The notes: generated by a model from the sequence alone, not told the origin. A stretch of 64,000 bases of DNA from Nitrospira sp. (GCA_033852435.1 JAWOMO010000022.1:91448-155447); one strand, 5' to 3'. Positions 26,051 to 36,488 are shown, counted from the stretch's first letter. A program made the numbers and translations.

Positions 26051-27025
26051 TTAGGCCGTTTCGCTCGGTGGAACCGACTCGGTAATCGCACGGCCGGTAT
26101 GGGCGATAAACACATCGTCCAGCCGCGGCCGGTTGTATTGAATGAATTCCACGCGACAGTTCAGACGATTGGCGGTGTCCAGTATTGCCGGCAAGGCTTT
26201 CTCCGGCGACTCGACACGGATATCGAGTCTTTTCTCTGTCGCCCGCACCGCCTTGATGGCCGGTTGCCCCTTCAACGCCGATTCTAATGCCGGCATCCTA
26301 TCGGTTTCCTTCAACGTCAAGGAGACGATATCGCCGCCGAGCCCGACCTTCAGTTCAACCGGAGACCCGATCGTCTTGATCATTCCTCCGTCGATGATGG
26401 CCAGACGATCGCAGAGCTGGTCCGCTTCGTCCAAGTAATTAGTCGTCATGACGACCGTCATCCCCCGCGCCTTCAGCATGCGCACATAGTCCCAGATCCG
26501 AAGCCGGCTCTGGACATCCAGACCGAGCGTCGGCTCGTCCAAAAATAGAATCTTGGGGTCGGGCAAGAGGCCGCAGGCAATGTCGAGCTTGCGCTTCATA
26601 CCGCCCGAGTACGTTTTCGCCGGACGATCAGCGTGGGCTTCAAGTTCGACGAGCTTCAGCAGCTCGCGGATCCGCTTGTTAGCCTCATCTTTGGGGAGAT
26701 GGTACAGAGCGGCAAGGAGTTCTAGATGCTCTTTGCCGGTCAGAAACCGGTCGATTGCCCGCTCTTGCGGCACATAGCCGATCAGATGACGCACCTTGTC
26801 GGCGTCCCGCACGGTATCGTGCCCTAAGACGGTGGCGGTCCCGGAGGAAGGCGTCAGCAGCGTGATGAGCGTGCGGAGCGTGGTGCTTTTCCCCGCGCCG
26901 TTCGGACCGAGCAGCCCGAAAATTTCCCCCGCGTAGACCTGAAAGGAAATATCTGCGACAGCGACATGGCCGTCGTAGGCCTTCGAGAGGCGGGAGACTT
27001 CGATCGCGATCGCCCGGTCCATCAC
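26051..27025 (-). CDS. ABC transporter ATP-binding protein (DrrA-like exporter ATPase)
   Basis: It has Walker A GLLGPNGAGKSTT, signature YSGGMKRKL and Walker B LFLDEPTLGLD. Confidence 0.9.
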   Translation of the reverse strand: MMDRAIAIEVSRLSKAYDGHVAVADISFQVYAGEIFGLLGPNGAGKSTTLRTLITLLTPSSGTATVLGHDTVRDADKVRHLIGYVPQERAIDRFLTGKEHLELLAALYHLPKDEANKRIRELLKLVELEAHADRPAKTYSGGMKRKLDIACGLLPDPKILFLDEPTLGLDVQSRLRIWDYVRMLKARGMTVVMTTNYLDEADQLCDRLAIIDGGMIKTIGSPVELKVGLGGDIVSLTLKETDRMPALESALKGQPAIKAVRATEKRLDIRVESPEKALPAILDTANRLNCRVEFIQYNRPRLDDVFIAHTGRAITESVPPSETA

Positions 27026-27711
27026 CCCCAGCCCTTCGCGCCGTGATGATCGTGCATGAGAAATTGGATAAGATCGCTGAGGCGGCGAGCCTGTTGGTGG
27101 AGACTATCGGCTTCCAACAGAAATTGCTTTTCCAGCGGCGTGCAGTCCAGATAGGTCGAAAGCGTGTTCACTAAAATATCATCGCTGACGTCTTCGCGGA
27201 ACCAACTCTGCCAGGTCGGCGGCTCCTGGCGCGAATGGAGATATTCTTCCAACGCGGTCACAAGTCGCTGGCGCACGGCCAGATCCAAACGGCCTTCCGC
27301 CTCTCTCATCTTGAGCGTGATCGACGCCTGGCGATAGGGCTTGTCGTACGACTCTTTAGAAATCTCAAATCGTTCCATACCTTGCAAGAGAATATTCGAC
27401 CGCCCCTCCGCCAGGGGCTGCACGCTGACGAGCCGGCCCACGCACCCCATGGTAAACACCGGAGGATTTCCGTAGTAGCTCGGTTCCCAGCCTTCTTTCA
27501 GGAGCGCCATCCCGATACACTGGCCGCCCATCACCGCATCGTCGACCATCTGACGATACCGCGGCTCGAAGATATGGAGGGGAAGATACGTCTTCGGGAA
27601 CAATACGACATTGGGAAGGGCGAACACCGGAATCGTTGCCGGAATAGGAAGCGGCGTACTCTTGTCGTGCCCGTCTTGTTCGTGATGCTCTCGCTCGCGA
27701 TCAGTCTGCAT
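27022..27711 (-). CDS. Lon N-terminal (LON substrate-binding) domain protein, no ATPase/protease part
   Basis: IPVFALPNVVLFPKTYLPLHIFEPRYRQM is the canonical Lon-N start. The protein is 229 aa. It overlaps the ABC ATPase gene by 4 nt. Confidence 0.75.
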   Translation of the reverse strand: MQTDREREHHEQDGHDKSTPLPIPATIPVFALPNVVLFPKTYLPLHIFEPRYRQMVDDAVMGGQCIGMALLKEGWEPSYYGNPPVFTMGCVGRLVSVQPLAEGRSNILLQGMERFEISKESYDKPYRQASITLKMREAEGRLDLAVRQRLVTALEEYLHSRQEPPTWQSWFREDVSDDILVNTLSTYLDCTPLEKQFLLEADSLHQQARRLSDLIQFLMHDHHGAKGWG

Positions 27712-27904
27712 GGCTCACGATAGCCGATGGTCGACAAAATTGTCAACGGCGCAAGAGGCCCTAATGAAGCTCCGCGAGATGCGGAAAACCCGTACCAACA
27801 CAGTCGATTTGTGCCTCGAGGGCTGGCATGCTATAAGCGCGAAAGGAAGTGGTGTCGCGCACGCTGCAGCGACACCAGATTAAATGATCCCAACCGGAGA
27901 TGAC

Positions 27905-29017
27905 ATGCGACGCTCGGCTCTTTTGATGTGCATGCTGTTGACGGTGGGACCCGCGCTCGCCGCCGACAGCCCGTACGAGTTCACACCCGCGACGGAATCC
28001 TACCGCTACGAATTCCCGCGTGATCATGGATCGCACGAAACCTTTCGCACCGAGTGGTGGTACTACACCGGCAACCTCACCTCAAAAGACGGCCGCGCGT
28101 TTGGCTATCAACTCACATTTTTTCGCCGGGCCATGCCACCCGATCAAGTCAGGACTTTGCCCTCGAAATGGTCTGTCAGCCAGCTCTACTTCGCTCACTT
28201 CGCCGTGAGCGACCTCGACAAGAAACAATTCCATTACACAGAAAAACTCAGCCGGGCCGGGCTTGGAAAAGCGGGGGCCGAGACGAATCACTTACAGGTC
28301 TGGATCGATGATTGGCGCGCCGAATCACCTTCGGCACAACCAAATCTCCATATCTTGAAGGCTGCGGAGGGGGGCCTGGCCATTCAGATCCAACTCTCGC
28401 CGGAGAAAGCACTCGTTGTCCATGGAACCGCCGGGATCAGCCGAAAGGGAGCCGAGCCAGGCCAAGCCTCTCACTATTATTCGTTCACGAGGATGGCAAC
28501 GGCAGGCCGCCTGACAATCGGGAGCACGTCGTTCGAGGTAACGGGCACTAGCTGGATGGATCATGAATTCGGCTCTGCTGATCTTGGGAAGGATCTGGTT
28601 GGATGGGATTGGTTCAGCATACAGCTAGATAATCGGACGGAACTCATGCTCTACCGATTGCGCCGTGCGGATGGATCGGCCGATCCCGCCTCAAGCGGCA
28701 CCCTCATCGACCATGATGGGCAGGCGCACCATCTCTCGATCGGAGATTTTACGCTGGAACCGATGAGTTATTGGACCAGCCCAGCCAACAAGGCGCGCTA
28801 CCCCCAACATTGGCGTCTGACCATTCCTTCGAAACAAGTTTCGCTCGACTTCATCCCGCGCCTTGCAGAGCAGGAACTCACCACCACACGCAGCACACAG
28901 GTCACCTATTGGGAAGGCGCCATCGAGGCGACCGGCACTGCGCACGGCCGGCCGATCCATGGCCAGGGTTACATGGAACTAACCGGGTATGCTGAGCGCT
29001 TTACCAAGAAGTTGTAA
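27905..29017 (+). CDS. Exported CrtC/AttH-like lipocalin-domain protein (carotenoid 1,2-hydratase family)
   Basis: FPRDHGSHETFRTEWWYYTGNL is typical of the hydroxyneurosporene synthase/AttH family. A signal peptide follows ATG 27905, which has GGAG 5 nt upstream. Confidence 0.65.
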   Translation: MRRSALLMCMLLTVGPALAADSPYEFTPATESYRYEFPRDHGSHETFRTEWWYYTGNLTSKDGRAFGYQLTFFRRAMPPDQVRTLPSKWSVSQLYFAHFAVSDLDKKQFHYTEKLSRAGLGKAGAETNHLQVWIDDWRAESPSAQPNLHILKAAEGGLAIQIQLSPEKALVVHGTAGISRKGAEPGQASHYYSFTRMATAGRLTIGSTSFEVTGTSWMDHEFGSADLGKDLVGWDWFSIQLDNRTELMLYRLRRADGSADPASSGTLIDHDGQAHHLSIGDFTLEPMSYWTSPANKARYPQHWRLTIPSKQVSLDFIPRLAEQELTTTRSTQVTYWEGAIEATGTAHGRPIHGQGYMELTGYAERFTKKL

Positions 29018-29077
29018 CGGCCGTGCTCTTCTTGACTCCTCGTCGAATCCTGTGTTTAGGTCACCCGCCATTACACC

Positions 29078-30109
29078 ATGCTGATTCGAACCATCGCTCA
29101 ATTCGCGTCCGTCACATTGGTGCTCTTCTGTCTTGGTTGCCAGAAGGACAGCGAGGCGATCGTCTCAATCGCGTTGCATCCGACGAACGCGAACATTCTT
29201 TACGTCGCCACGAACGACGCGGTCTATAAATCGCGCGACGGCGGCCAGCTCTGGGAAAAATTCCCCAGCTTCAGTGCCAGGCGCGTCACGACGGTGGCGA
29301 TTGATCCGAAGTTGCCTGCCACGATTTACGCCGGCACGATGGGAGATGCGGTCTATAAGAGCCCTGACGGCGGTCAACATTGGCTGCCGCATAATGTCGG
29401 GCTGAAAGAACACGTCTCTTTTGTGAATCAGTTCGTTTTCCACCCGGCGCTGAGCGAGAAGATCTACGCAGCCACGACGGTCGGCGCCTACTACACGAAA
29501 GATGCGGGTCGTGAATGGGAAGAACGCATGAACGGCATGAAGGAAGTCCACATCGTGACCTCGATCGCAATCAATCCCAAGGACCCGACGATTCTTTACG
29601 GAGGCACCACCGGAGGGATCTACCGCTCGGACGACGCCGCGATGTCCTGGAAGAAAATCAACAATGGACTGATTCCGGACACAGAACTCATGGCGTCGAT
29701 GGCGTTAGGCGTGAATGCCATTGAGATTGATCGGGTCAACCCCGACATTGTGTATGCCGGGACCACAAAGGGACTATTCCGCACGGCGAACAGGGGGGGA
29801 CAATGGGAGCGGATCGGGCTATCGCTGCCCGATCCTTTTGTCAGCAGCATAGTCATCCACCCCACGGATCCCTCTGTCCTTTATATTGGAGGTCCCGGAG
29901 GCGTTTGGAAAAGTTCCGACAGCGGGAAGACTTGGAATGCGATGAATCAAGGGCTCGCGACACTCAACGTGCGATCCCTGGTTATGGCTCCGAAGAATGC
30001 GCAAACACTTTATGCCGGCACGAACGGCAGCGGCCTCTATCGCTCGACCGACGCCGGCGCAACCTGGACGGCAGTCCCCCTCACAGCTGCACCGGCTCAA
30101 TCTCAGTAA
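29078..30109 (+). CDS. Lipoprotein with seven BNR/Asp-box repeats (Ycf48-like beta-propeller)
   Basis: It has the lipobox LFCLGC and seven SxDxGxxW-type boxes (SRDGGQLW, SPDGGQHW, TKDAGREW, SDDAAMSW, TANRGGQW, SSDSGKTW, STDAGATW). Confidence 0.8.
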   Translation: MLIRTIAQFASVTLVLFCLGCQKDSEAIVSIALHPTNANILYVATNDAVYKSRDGGQLWEKFPSFSARRVTTVAIDPKLPATIYAGTMGDAVYKSPDGGQHWLPHNVGLKEHVSFVNQFVFHPALSEKIYAATTVGAYYTKDAGREWEERMNGMKEVHIVTSIAINPKDPTILYGGTTGGIYRSDDAAMSWKKINNGLIPDTELMASMALGVNAIEIDRVNPDIVYAGTTKGLFRTANRGGQWERIGLSLPDPFVSSIVIHPTDPSVLYIGGPGGVWKSSDSGKTWNAMNQGLATLNVRSLVMAPKNAQTLYAGTNGSGLYRSTDAGATWTAVPLTAAPAQSQ

Positions 30110-30585
30110 CCGCTTTTCGTCCCCGCCGCCCCGGGCTGGTACCGGCTGCTGTATGAGAGCATCTGGTCGGACAGGGCCTTCCACTCATCGGCCGTCATCA
30201 ACTCCTTCATCTTGAACCGTAAACTGAGGATCTTCGCCGACGCCCGCATCCGTTGGTTATTGGCCTCGTCGAGGATCTTCGTAAATTCTTCGGGCGTCGC
30301 TTGGTAACTGGCATTCAGCGTATAGAGCTGGCGATGATAGGCACGTTCCTGCTCGCGGCCTGCCTTCAACTCCGTCACGATCTCGCCAACGATGCTCTTC
30401 ACTTGTTGTGCCTTGGCTTGATCCTTCACGGTCCGCTCGACCAAGCCCTCCATGTCCTGTTGGCCCTTCTGCCAATAGGCATCGCTCTTGCCGCCTTCCA
30501 TCATTCCATGATGATGATAGGAGGAACAGCCGCCTAGTACCAATAGACTCGCCAACGATAACGCCGCCCACTGCGTGGATCGCAT
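30103..30585 (-). CDS. Periplasmic lipoprotein, Spy/CpxP-like (tentative)
   Basis: It has the lipobox LVLGGCSS, is helical and charged, and has an LTxxQ-like MTADEWKAL motif. Confidence 0.45.
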   Translation of the reverse strand: MRSTQWAALSLASLLVLGGCSSYHHHGMMEGGKSDAYWQKGQQDMEGLVERTVKDQAKAQQVKSIVGEIVTELKAGREQERAYHRQLYTLNASYQATPEEFTKILDEANNQRMRASAKILSLRFKMKELMTADEWKALSDQMLSYSSRYQPGAAGTKSGY

Positions 30586-30674
30586 AGATGCCTCCCCTTT
30601 ATATTGCAGATCTTGTTAAACCAACCACCTGTTGTCACTATCAATCATCATACCGTATCATCCGCTTGATCACG

Positions 30675-31019
30675 ATGCCTGAACCAACTGCTCCATCGTC
30701 CGCCGTGATTCAGGACCTGCGCGAAGAGTTTCGATCTCATCTCGAAACATTCTACGCTCAACTGAAGCTCGCGCCTCCTTATGAAAGCGTAGAGAAGGCG
30801 ATTCGCGCTCTCACGACCTCCGTGCATGCTTTGCCGAAACCAGAGCAAACGCGCATTGCCGCCGATCCTGCCTTGCGGTGGGAGCAATTCCGCCAGGCCT
30901 TCGAAGCCTCCGGCTTGAGCAAGAAGCATCGCGGCATCATCGCCGGTCTGGCACGCAATCGCTCGAACCTGGATCTGCCAGCCGAGTACGATCGGTTTCT
31001 CAGCCTCTTTAGGTCGTAG
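30675..31019 (+). CDS. Hypothetical protein
   Basis: The track start at 30588 would lie 2 nt from the divergent start at 30585, so I prefer the internal ATG 30675 (MPEPTAPSS). I recognise no motif. Confidence 0.4.
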   Translation: MPEPTAPSSAVIQDLREEFRSHLETFYAQLKLAPPYESVEKAIRALTTSVHALPKPEQTRIAADPALRWEQFRQAFEASGLSKKHRGIIAGLARNRSNLDLPAEYDRFLSLFRS

Positions 31020-31626
31020 CGCCCCCGCCTTCGATCGCCTCGCGCAGTTCCTCGTACACCCTTGTCAGCCGGCTATTCTCCAGGCGATTGGCCATGACCA
31101 CGGTCACCACTCCTGAAAACAAAAAGATCAGCCCTAATGTCAGAATGCCGGCGCCGATCAGCACCCCGCCAGTTCTGGCCAATCCTCCCTCCATCACGTA
31201 GCTGATCAGAGTCACCACCGTCCCGAGTCCCACAATGAGGAACCAGGCTCCGGTGAGAATCGCCGAGCACCAGGGAATGCGTTTTGTGGACGACAGCACG
31301 ATCGCATCGCCTTCAACCCGTAGATCGATGGTCGCTTTCATTGGCCACAGCCACAGAAATGCCCACAGCGTGTGATAGCGCGGACGCAGAAGAATGCGAT
31401 TGGGGTCCGAGAATAATCGTGCGACCCCGTGGCGGAGCGCGAGCACTCCCAATCCGTCGAAGCATGCGCGGATCTGCGCGAGGTCCGCGGCATCGACCCG
31501 GTCCTCCTGACGACCGACGCGGCAGCCGTACCGGCTGGCCTCGGCCGAGAGTGTGCGAAAATACAATCGATCCCCGACAAGAAGTCCGAGAAGGAGTATG
31601 GCGGCAAAGAATCCGGCAAGAACCAT
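31009..31626 (-). CDS. Hypothetical membrane protein
   Basis: It has an N-terminal TM helix and two C-terminal TM helices. I recognise no motif. Confidence 0.5.
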   Translation of the reverse strand: MVLAGFFAAILLLGLLVGDRLYFRTLSAEASRYGCRVGRQEDRVDAADLAQIRACFDGLGVLALRHGVARLFSDPNRILLRPRYHTLWAFLWLWPMKATIDLRVEGDAIVLSSTKRIPWCSAILTGAWFLIVGLGTVVTLISYVMEGGLARTGGVLIGAGILTLGLIFLFSGVVTVVMANRLENSRLTRVYEELREAIEGGGATT

Positions 31627-31896
31627 GCTCGTACCTATCCCACAGCCGTACTCGCTGAATCAAGCCTGTGCGCCGAACCAGGCCCGGTCAGTCATTGTCC
31701 GACCGGAAAACTCCGGAAGATTTTGTTGACTCGCTATCCTGAGTTGGCTATTGTAACGCCTGTTTTGGACTCGGCGGGTCCCTCGGGCCATATCAGGCGC
31801 TCCGCCATTACAGATTTTCCCCACTTGAACAAGCCGTCGGTTCATCCCTGCCCATTCGGGATGCGCAGGACGCACGATGTATGGGTTGGAGGTGAC

Positions 31897-32628
31897 ATGG
31901 ATTTACATAAGGTTGAACGGGTCTATACGTCCTACGCCGGTGTCTACGACAGAATTTTCGGGAAAGTGTTTCATGAGGGACGTGAGTCCGCGATCCGAAA
32001 CCTGAATGTCCAACCGAATGAGCGCATCCTCGAAGTCGGCGTCGGGACAGGGATCGCCCTGCCGATGTATCCCCGTCACTGCCAAATCGTCGCCATTGAC
32101 TTCTCTGAAGGCATGTTGGAAATCGCCAGGAAGCGGACGGCCGAACACCAAATGGGCCATGTGACGTTGCATCGCATGGATGCCGGCGCCATGGACTTTC
32201 CGGACAGCAGTTTCGATACCGTCGTCGCGGCCTACGTCGTCACGGCCGTGCCTGATTACCGCAAAGTGGTGAACGAGATGATCCGTGTCTGCCGTCCGGG
32301 GGGACGCATCATCATGCTCAACCATTTCAGCAACGGGAATAAAGTGATCGCGGCGGTGGAAAAGGTCATCTCGCCCTTGACCAAACACCTAGGCTGGCGA
32401 ACCGACCTATCGTTGGACACCGTGCTGGAAGGGACCGACCTGCATGTGGCCCGCAAGCAGAAGGTAAACCCGCTTCGCCTCTGGGCGCTCGTGGAATGCG
32501 TAAATCGCAAGAACGGAAGCGGGACGATGCACAAGAACGGCGTGTCCCATGCCAACGGCACGACCATCTATACGCACAGTGCCAGCGCCCTCGCAGCCGG
32601 CCCTACGAGCGAAGAAGCCCTCGCCTAA
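31897..32628 (+). CDS. Class I SAM-dependent methyltransferase (PmtA/UbiE-like)
   Basis: It has ILEVGVGTG (motif I) and a MDFPDSSFDTVV acidic loop. ATG 31897 or 31861 is the likely start. The upstream part of the track ORF overlaps the minus-strand gene 31009..31626. Confidence 0.8.
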   Translation: MDLHKVERVYTSYAGVYDRIFGKVFHEGRESAIRNLNVQPNERILEVGVGTGIALPMYPRHCQIVAIDFSEGMLEIARKRTAEHQMGHVTLHRMDAGAMDFPDSSFDTVVAAYVVTAVPDYRKVVNEMIRVCRPGGRIIMLNHFSNGNKVIAAVEKVISPLTKHLGWRTDLSLDTVLEGTDLHVARKQKVNPLRLWALVECVNRKNGSGTMHKNGVSHANGTTIYTHSASALAAGPTSEEALA

Positions 32629-32631
32629 CCA

Positions 32632-33465
32632 CTACTCCTCGACCGGCTCCGCATTCATCCAGCGCTGCTGCTCCAGCGATTTCCAGCTCAGCCATTCTCC
32701 TCCAGGAATGATCGTATTGCCGACCAGGCATTGGCCTGAAAACCGACGCACGATCAGATCGGAGGCACAAGACAGGACGCGATTAACCGCCTGCCCTTGC
32801 GTCCTTGCGACTTGCAGGACAATGCCGAAGCCGGGCCCATCCAGCGGGCCATAGAGCATGACCTGAACTGCAGCCTGATCGACCGCCTCCGCCCCCTGCG
32901 CAGGAACCAACATCCCTTCCCATTGAATCACCGACTGACGCCCCTTCGACCCCTTGGCCTGCTTCCACGTGCAAGGACATCCAGCCCCGTCCAATGCCTC
33001 GAGGATCCAGTCCACCGTCGGCCAGTTGGCCATCGGACTCTGGAAAGTCCATTGCGCGATCGGATCGCGTGCGCGATCTTCCGTAAGCGGCATGGCCACT
33101 TCATCCAGGATTGCCTCGTCGCAGACGACGTAAAGTTCACCCTGCGGATCAAACCAGAACCGCAGCTTTTCCTCCGTGTGTTCGGCTTGAATGACGCCCA
33201 GCGTCGAACAGTCAGCGCCTTCCTGCTCGAAGATCGAAAAATCCGTCACCCCCGCCATCGTCAGTTTTGCAACTCGCGCCATCTGGCGAAGGCGATAACG
33301 CATGACCACCGTCACCGTCGTATCGGCCAGGACCTCACGCGCGGAGCCTTCGTCGAACAACCGCCGCTTCGACATTTGGACATCGGTCACATAGCCACCG
33401 CTAAACCCGCCCGTATGGCCCAGCAACCAACGCAGATCTTCTTTCGTCTTGATGAGATGTTTCAT
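32632..33465 (-). CDS. Hypothetical protein (no recognisable domain)
   Basis: It is a long ORF with coding character. ATG 33465 (MKHLIKTKEDL) is preferred over the Cys/Ser-rich extension to 33540. Confidence 0.5.
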   Translation of the reverse strand: MKHLIKTKEDLRWLLGHTGGFSGGYVTDVQMSKRRLFDEGSAREVLADTTVTVVMRYRLRQMARVAKLTMAGVTDFSIFEQEGADCSTLGVIQAEHTEEKLRFWFDPQGELYVVCDEAILDEVAMPLTEDRARDPIAQWTFQSPMANWPTVDWILEALDGAGCPCTWKQAKGSKGRQSVIQWEGMLVPAQGAEAVDQAAVQVMLYGPLDGPGFGIVLQVARTQGQAVNRVLSCASDLIVRRFSGQCLVGNTIIPGGEWLSWKSLEQQRWMNAEPVEE

Positions 33466-33572
33466 GAGGGAGATTGTAGCGCAGCAGGATTGGAAACGGC
33501 TAGGAGGTCGTGAGAACGAGCAAGCTGAAATGCTTGACAATCACTTGCCAGCCAGTTTCGTAAAAATGTTTC

Positions 33573-34082
33573 TCATCCCTGGAGAAGCCTCTCGTAGATC
33601 GCGAGATCGCCGCGCGAGAAGCAACAGAAGATCACTTCACGAATCGCAGTGAATTCCCGCAAACACCCTCGCACCGTGTCGACGGCAATCCCTGCAGCCT
33701 GTTCAATGGGATATCCATAAATGCCGGTGCCGATGCTGGGAAAGGCCAAGGTAGCAATTCCGTTCGCGGCCGCCAGCTCGATAGAACGGCGGTAGCAGGA
33801 AGCCAGCAGCTCCGGCTCACCGTTCTTTCCTCCACCCCAGACGGGTCCGACCGTGTGGATGATGTGCCGGGCCGGCAGGCTGTAGCCCTTCGTCAGTTTC
33901 GCATCGCCGGTCTGGCAGCCTTCGAGAAGGCGACACTCTTGCTGTAATTCCGGTCCTGCGGCGCGATGGATCGCACCACAAACCCCACCGCCTGGCAGTA
34001 AAGAAGAGTTCGCAGCGTTGACGATGGCATCAACAGCGAGCGTGGTGATGTCAGCCCGAACGGCGCGAAGGGTAGGGGACAT
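33573..34082 (-). CDS. Macro-domain protein (O-acetyl-ADP-ribose deacetylase, YmdB-like)
   Basis: It has [33 protein letters not shown] and [12 protein letters not shown] motifs. Confidence 0.9.
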   Translation of the reverse strand: MSPTLRAVRADITTLAVDAIVNAANSSLLPGGGVCGAIHRAAGPELQQECRLLEGCQTGDAKLTKGYSLPARHIIHTVGPVWGGGKNGEPELLASCYRRSIELAAANGIATLAFPSIGTGIYGYPIEQAAGIAVDTVRGCLREFTAIREVIFCCFSRGDLAIYERLLQG

Positions 34083-34117
34083 GATCGTACGGTGCGAGGA
34101 TGGGTTTAGTTAGCCGG

Positions 34118-34435
<318 letters not shown>

Positions 34436-34522
34436 TCAGGCTAATGGGCTTGTTTGATGATCAGATGCCTGCACCTCATATAGAATTCGCATGGAGCCTA
34501 GTCAGATCACACCGGAGTGTCA

Positions 34523-35206
34523 ATGCGTGCTGTCTGTCTCCAACATGTTCTCTTTGAACGGCCCGGTGCTTTTGCCACTGCACTCGCGAATCGAGGCGTA
34601 CGTCTCGAACACTACCTCGTTCCTAAAGGCGGTCTATCGAAAGATGCCGGCGATCTACTGATCATCATGGGCGGACCGATGTCGGTGAACGATTCGGATG
34701 GTTGGATCCAGGAGGAGACCGTCTTCATCAGATCCGCGATTCTCGCCGGCAAGCCGGTGATCGGCGTGTGCCTGGGCAGCCAGTTCATGGCGAAAGCGCT
34801 GGGAGCTACTGTGCGTCCCGGCAAGGCTCTGGAAATCGGGATGACGCCGGTGCGGCTCACGCTTGAGGCCAAGGACGATCCGGTCTTCAAAACACTGCCC
34901 GATTCGTTCGACGTCTTCGAATGGCATGGTGAAGTGTTCGACCTGCCCAACGGCTGCGCGCCGCTGGCAAGTTCCGCTATCGCGCCGCATCAGGCCTTTC
35001 GTTACGGTACTCGTGCCTATGGACTGCTGTTCCACCTGGAGATGGAAGAGTCCGGGATTGATTCGCTCTCCCGGGAATGCGCGCCGGATCTCATCAAGGC
35101 GCGGCTGACTGCGCAAGAAGTGAAGGCAGCCGCCACCTCGCACCTCCCCGCCCTGCACCAGATTGCCGATCGACTGATCGATCATCTGCTTACATCAAAG
35201 CGTTGA
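34523..35206 (+). CDS. Class I glutamine amidotransferase-like protein
   Basis: It has the GVCLGSQ nucleophile elbow and the FHLE His-Glu pair. GGAG lies 5 nt before ATG 34523. Confidence 0.8.
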   Translation: MRAVCLQHVLFERPGAFATALANRGVRLEHYLVPKGGLSKDAGDLLIIMGGPMSVNDSDGWIQEETVFIRSAILAGKPVIGVCLGSQFMAKALGATVRPGKALEIGMTPVRLTLEAKDDPVFKTLPDSFDVFEWHGEVFDLPNGCAPLASSAIAPHQAFRYGTRAYGLLFHLEMEESGIDSLSRECAPDLIKARLTAQEVKAAATSHLPALHQIADRLIDHLLTSKR

Positions 35207-35285
35207 TTACCAGCTCTGTCCTGAAGTAGCCTAGAAGCTTCGCCTGCCCCTCGGGGCTTATTCCCAGAAAGGAGATTTCTGAATC

Positions 35286-36461
35286 ATGGCCGGTTTCCCG
35301 ATTGAAGTCGCAACCAGAATCAAGACCCTCCCCCCTTATTTGTTCGCCGCTATCGACAAGATGAAACAAGCCGCGATTGCGCAGGGAGTGGATATCATCA
35401 ACCTCGGCATTGGCGATCCCGATTTGCCGACGCCCGCGCCGATCATCGAGAGCCTGGCCCAGGCGGCAAAAGACCAGAAGCACCATCAATATCCTTCGTA
35501 TGAGGGCATGCTGGCATTCAGAAAAGCCGTAGCCGATTGGTACAAGCGTCGCTTCAACGTCACGCTCGATCCAGCTGACGAAGTCTTGACCCTGATCGGC
35601 TCGAAAGAAGGGATCGGTCACATCCACCTGGCTTTCGTCGATCCCGGCGATATCGTCCTGGTTCCGAGCCCCGGCTATCCCGTCTATCCGGTCGGCACCA
35701 GTTTCTCCGGCGGCATCTCGCACATCATGCCGCTGACGAAGGCCAATGGATTCTTGCCCGATCTGAAGGCGATTCCGAAGGACGTGGCGAAGAAGGCCAA
35801 GCTGATGTGGCTGAACTCGCCGAATAACCCGACCTCGGTCATTATGACCAAGGACTACTTCAAGCGGGCAGTCGAATTTGCGCAGGAGAACCAGGTTATC
35901 ATCTGCCACGACGCAGCCTACTCGGAGATTTACTACGACGGGAAGCGGCCGGCGAGTTTTATGGAAGTCGATGGGGCCAAGGACGTCGGGGTGGAGTTCC
36001 ACTCACTCTCCAAGACTTACAACATGACCGGCTGGCGCATCGGGTTCGCGGTCGGTAACAAGGAGATCCTCGCCGCGCTCGGGAAGGTGAAGAGCCAATT
36101 GGACTCCGGCGTGTTCGAAGCGGTGCAGGCGGCTGGCATTACGGCGCTTGGACTGGAGGATTCCGTGACCGACGGCATCCGGAAGATCTATCAGGAACGG
36201 CGCGACACGCTTATTCCAGGACTCAAGAAACTGGGATTGGAAGTCGATGCGCCTCCCGCGGCGTTCTACATCTGGGTGACGGTGCCGAAGGGCTACACAT
36301 CCGCATCGTTCACCGCTCATTTGCTGGAGAAGGCCGGCATCGTGACGACGCCGGGCAACGGATTCGGCGCGCCGGGTGAAGGCTATATCCGGATGACGGT
36401 CTGTACGACGAAGGAGCGGTTGGCGGAAGCGGTGGAGCGGATGAAGAAAGCAGGATTCTAA
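35286..36461 (+). CDS. dapL: PLP-dependent aminotransferase, LL-diaminopimelate aminotransferase-like
   Basis: It has RIKTLPPYLFAAIDKMK....GVDIINLGIGDPDLPTP, NSPNNPT and SLSKTYNMTGWRIG (PLP Lys). The symbol is tentative. Confidence 0.65.
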   Translation: MAGFPIEVATRIKTLPPYLFAAIDKMKQAAIAQGVDIINLGIGDPDLPTPAPIIESLAQAAKDQKHHQYPSYEGMLAFRKAVADWYKRRFNVTLDPADEVLTLIGSKEGIGHIHLAFVDPGDIVLVPSPGYPVYPVGTSFSGGISHIMPLTKANGFLPDLKAIPKDVAKKAKLMWLNSPNNPTSVIMTKDYFKRAVEFAQENQVIICHDAAYSEIYYDGKRPASFMEVDGAKDVGVEFHSLSKTYNMTGWRIGFAVGNKEILAALGKVKSQLDSGVFEAVQAAGITALGLEDSVTDGIRKIYQERRDTLIPGLKKLGLEVDAPPAAFYIWVTVPKGYTSASFTAHLLEKAGIVTTPGNGFGAPGEGYIRMTVCTTKERLAEAVERMKKAGF

Positions 36462-36488
36462 ATACCGTAAGGCGTCAGGCGTTAGGGG

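Noticed and set aside
27826-27840. TGGCATGCTATAAGC as a second sigma-54 promoter
   Set aside because: The -12 element reads AAGC instead of TTGC. The site fits better as part of a weak sigma-70 -10 (TATAAG), which I did not consider strong enough to report.
30103-30109. 3'-end overlaps of convergent genes (30103-30109, 31009-31019, 47780-47783) as possible antisense regulation
   Set aside because: Overlaps of 4-11 nt at stop codons are common in compact genomes, and nothing further in the sequence supports a regulatory role.
31429-31896. The 5' extension of the methyltransferase ORF (399-aa version)
   Set aside because: The extension overlaps the minus-strand membrane-protein gene 31009..31626 and has low-complexity composition. 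The methyltransferase fold begins just after ATG 31897.
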